Shown here piece by piece: positions 63,312 through 64,000 of a stretch of 64,000 bases of DNA. The notes under the pieces were generated by a model that made no database searches, was not told where the DNA came from, and was given only the letters and a program-made list of their open reading frames with translations. Within the stretch, counting starts at the first letter, position 1, and the number at the start of each line of letters is the position of its first letter. The translations under genes and the position numbers were made by a program. The stretch is from Glaucostegus cemiculus (lineage: Eukaryota): the NCBI GenBank assembly GCA_976551045.1, contig CDPCPM010000021.1, forward strand, positions 1,054,001 through 1,118,000. The letters run 5' to 3'.

Positions 63312-64000
63312 TTAATTATATACCCAAATGAATCAATTTTTTTCCACAAAAGAGACTTTAAGCTGTGTTAACATACCATCAAACAGTATTGGGCATACTT
63401 TAATAACTGTGCAGTCCTCAAGTTATATTTTAGTGTGTAATATTAATAACTGCATTATGTAACTAGTAACAGCAGACAGGTGATCAATAAATACTTATCT
63501 GAAATCTATATATAGTCTGGGCTAGGAATTTTTTGCTGCAACCTTTTAAGTACATTATGCAAATGAATTTAATCTAAAATACTTGTGCTTCAATTATGAG
63601 ATTTCAAAAGTTCATTCTGATCTTCTGTACTCAAAATGTCAACATTCACAAAAGCTGCTGGACTCGTAGGGAGTGACATCTAACTGTGATGCTACTTGGG
63701 TAAAATTCATTTGCATAACCACAGAGAAGTGGGTCTTAACTTAAAGGGCAAGGCCTGCTTCTGTATTATTCAAAATGGACCAGCCCTGCCTGGTTTGTGG
63801 TCAAGGGAGTTAGAGGCTTCAATTTCCTGAGTGGGAGGTCTTTGATGTTCAATTCCACACATTTCCCTCAATGACAATGTCATATGATATGGTCCTGACC
63901 CCATCTTTGCCCCACAAAAGCCCTTACTGACCACCTCCACGTATCCTCATTCCCCACCAAACCACCCAACCACAAACCCAGCCCTCAGTATCTCCTCCCT

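Overview
This is AT-rich, repeat-rich vertebrate genomic DNA, almost certainly from a cartilaginous fish. The basis is the repeat content: HE1/V-SINE-like, Deu-domain SINE-like and CR1 elements, with ray-like repeat variants. The window holds the 3' end of one protein-coding gene on the minus strand, nuclear receptor NR5A2 (LRH-1). Three ligand-binding-domain exons (61684-61803, 51490-51637, 4807-5054) splice in frame through canonical GT-AG sites into 171 aa ending ...[11 protein letters not shown], followed by a 3' UTR of about 2.3 kb. The rest is intron (about 46.4 kb, 10 kb and a partial one) filled with LINE, SINE and DNA-transposon remnants plus several repeat-free blocks that look like conserved enhancers. 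All other ORFs in the track are repeat-derived or chance. I found no CRISPR, rRNA or tRNA genes and no convincing novel multi-gene system. The most interesting signals are a Gly-to-Trp change at the residue equivalent to human LRH-1 G398, a near-perfect 42-bp intronic inverted repeat, a G-rich VNTR, a chimeric young CR1 and a Jerky-like Tigger fossil. Repeat family names come from recalled consensus features, not database searches, and repeat boundaries are approximate.
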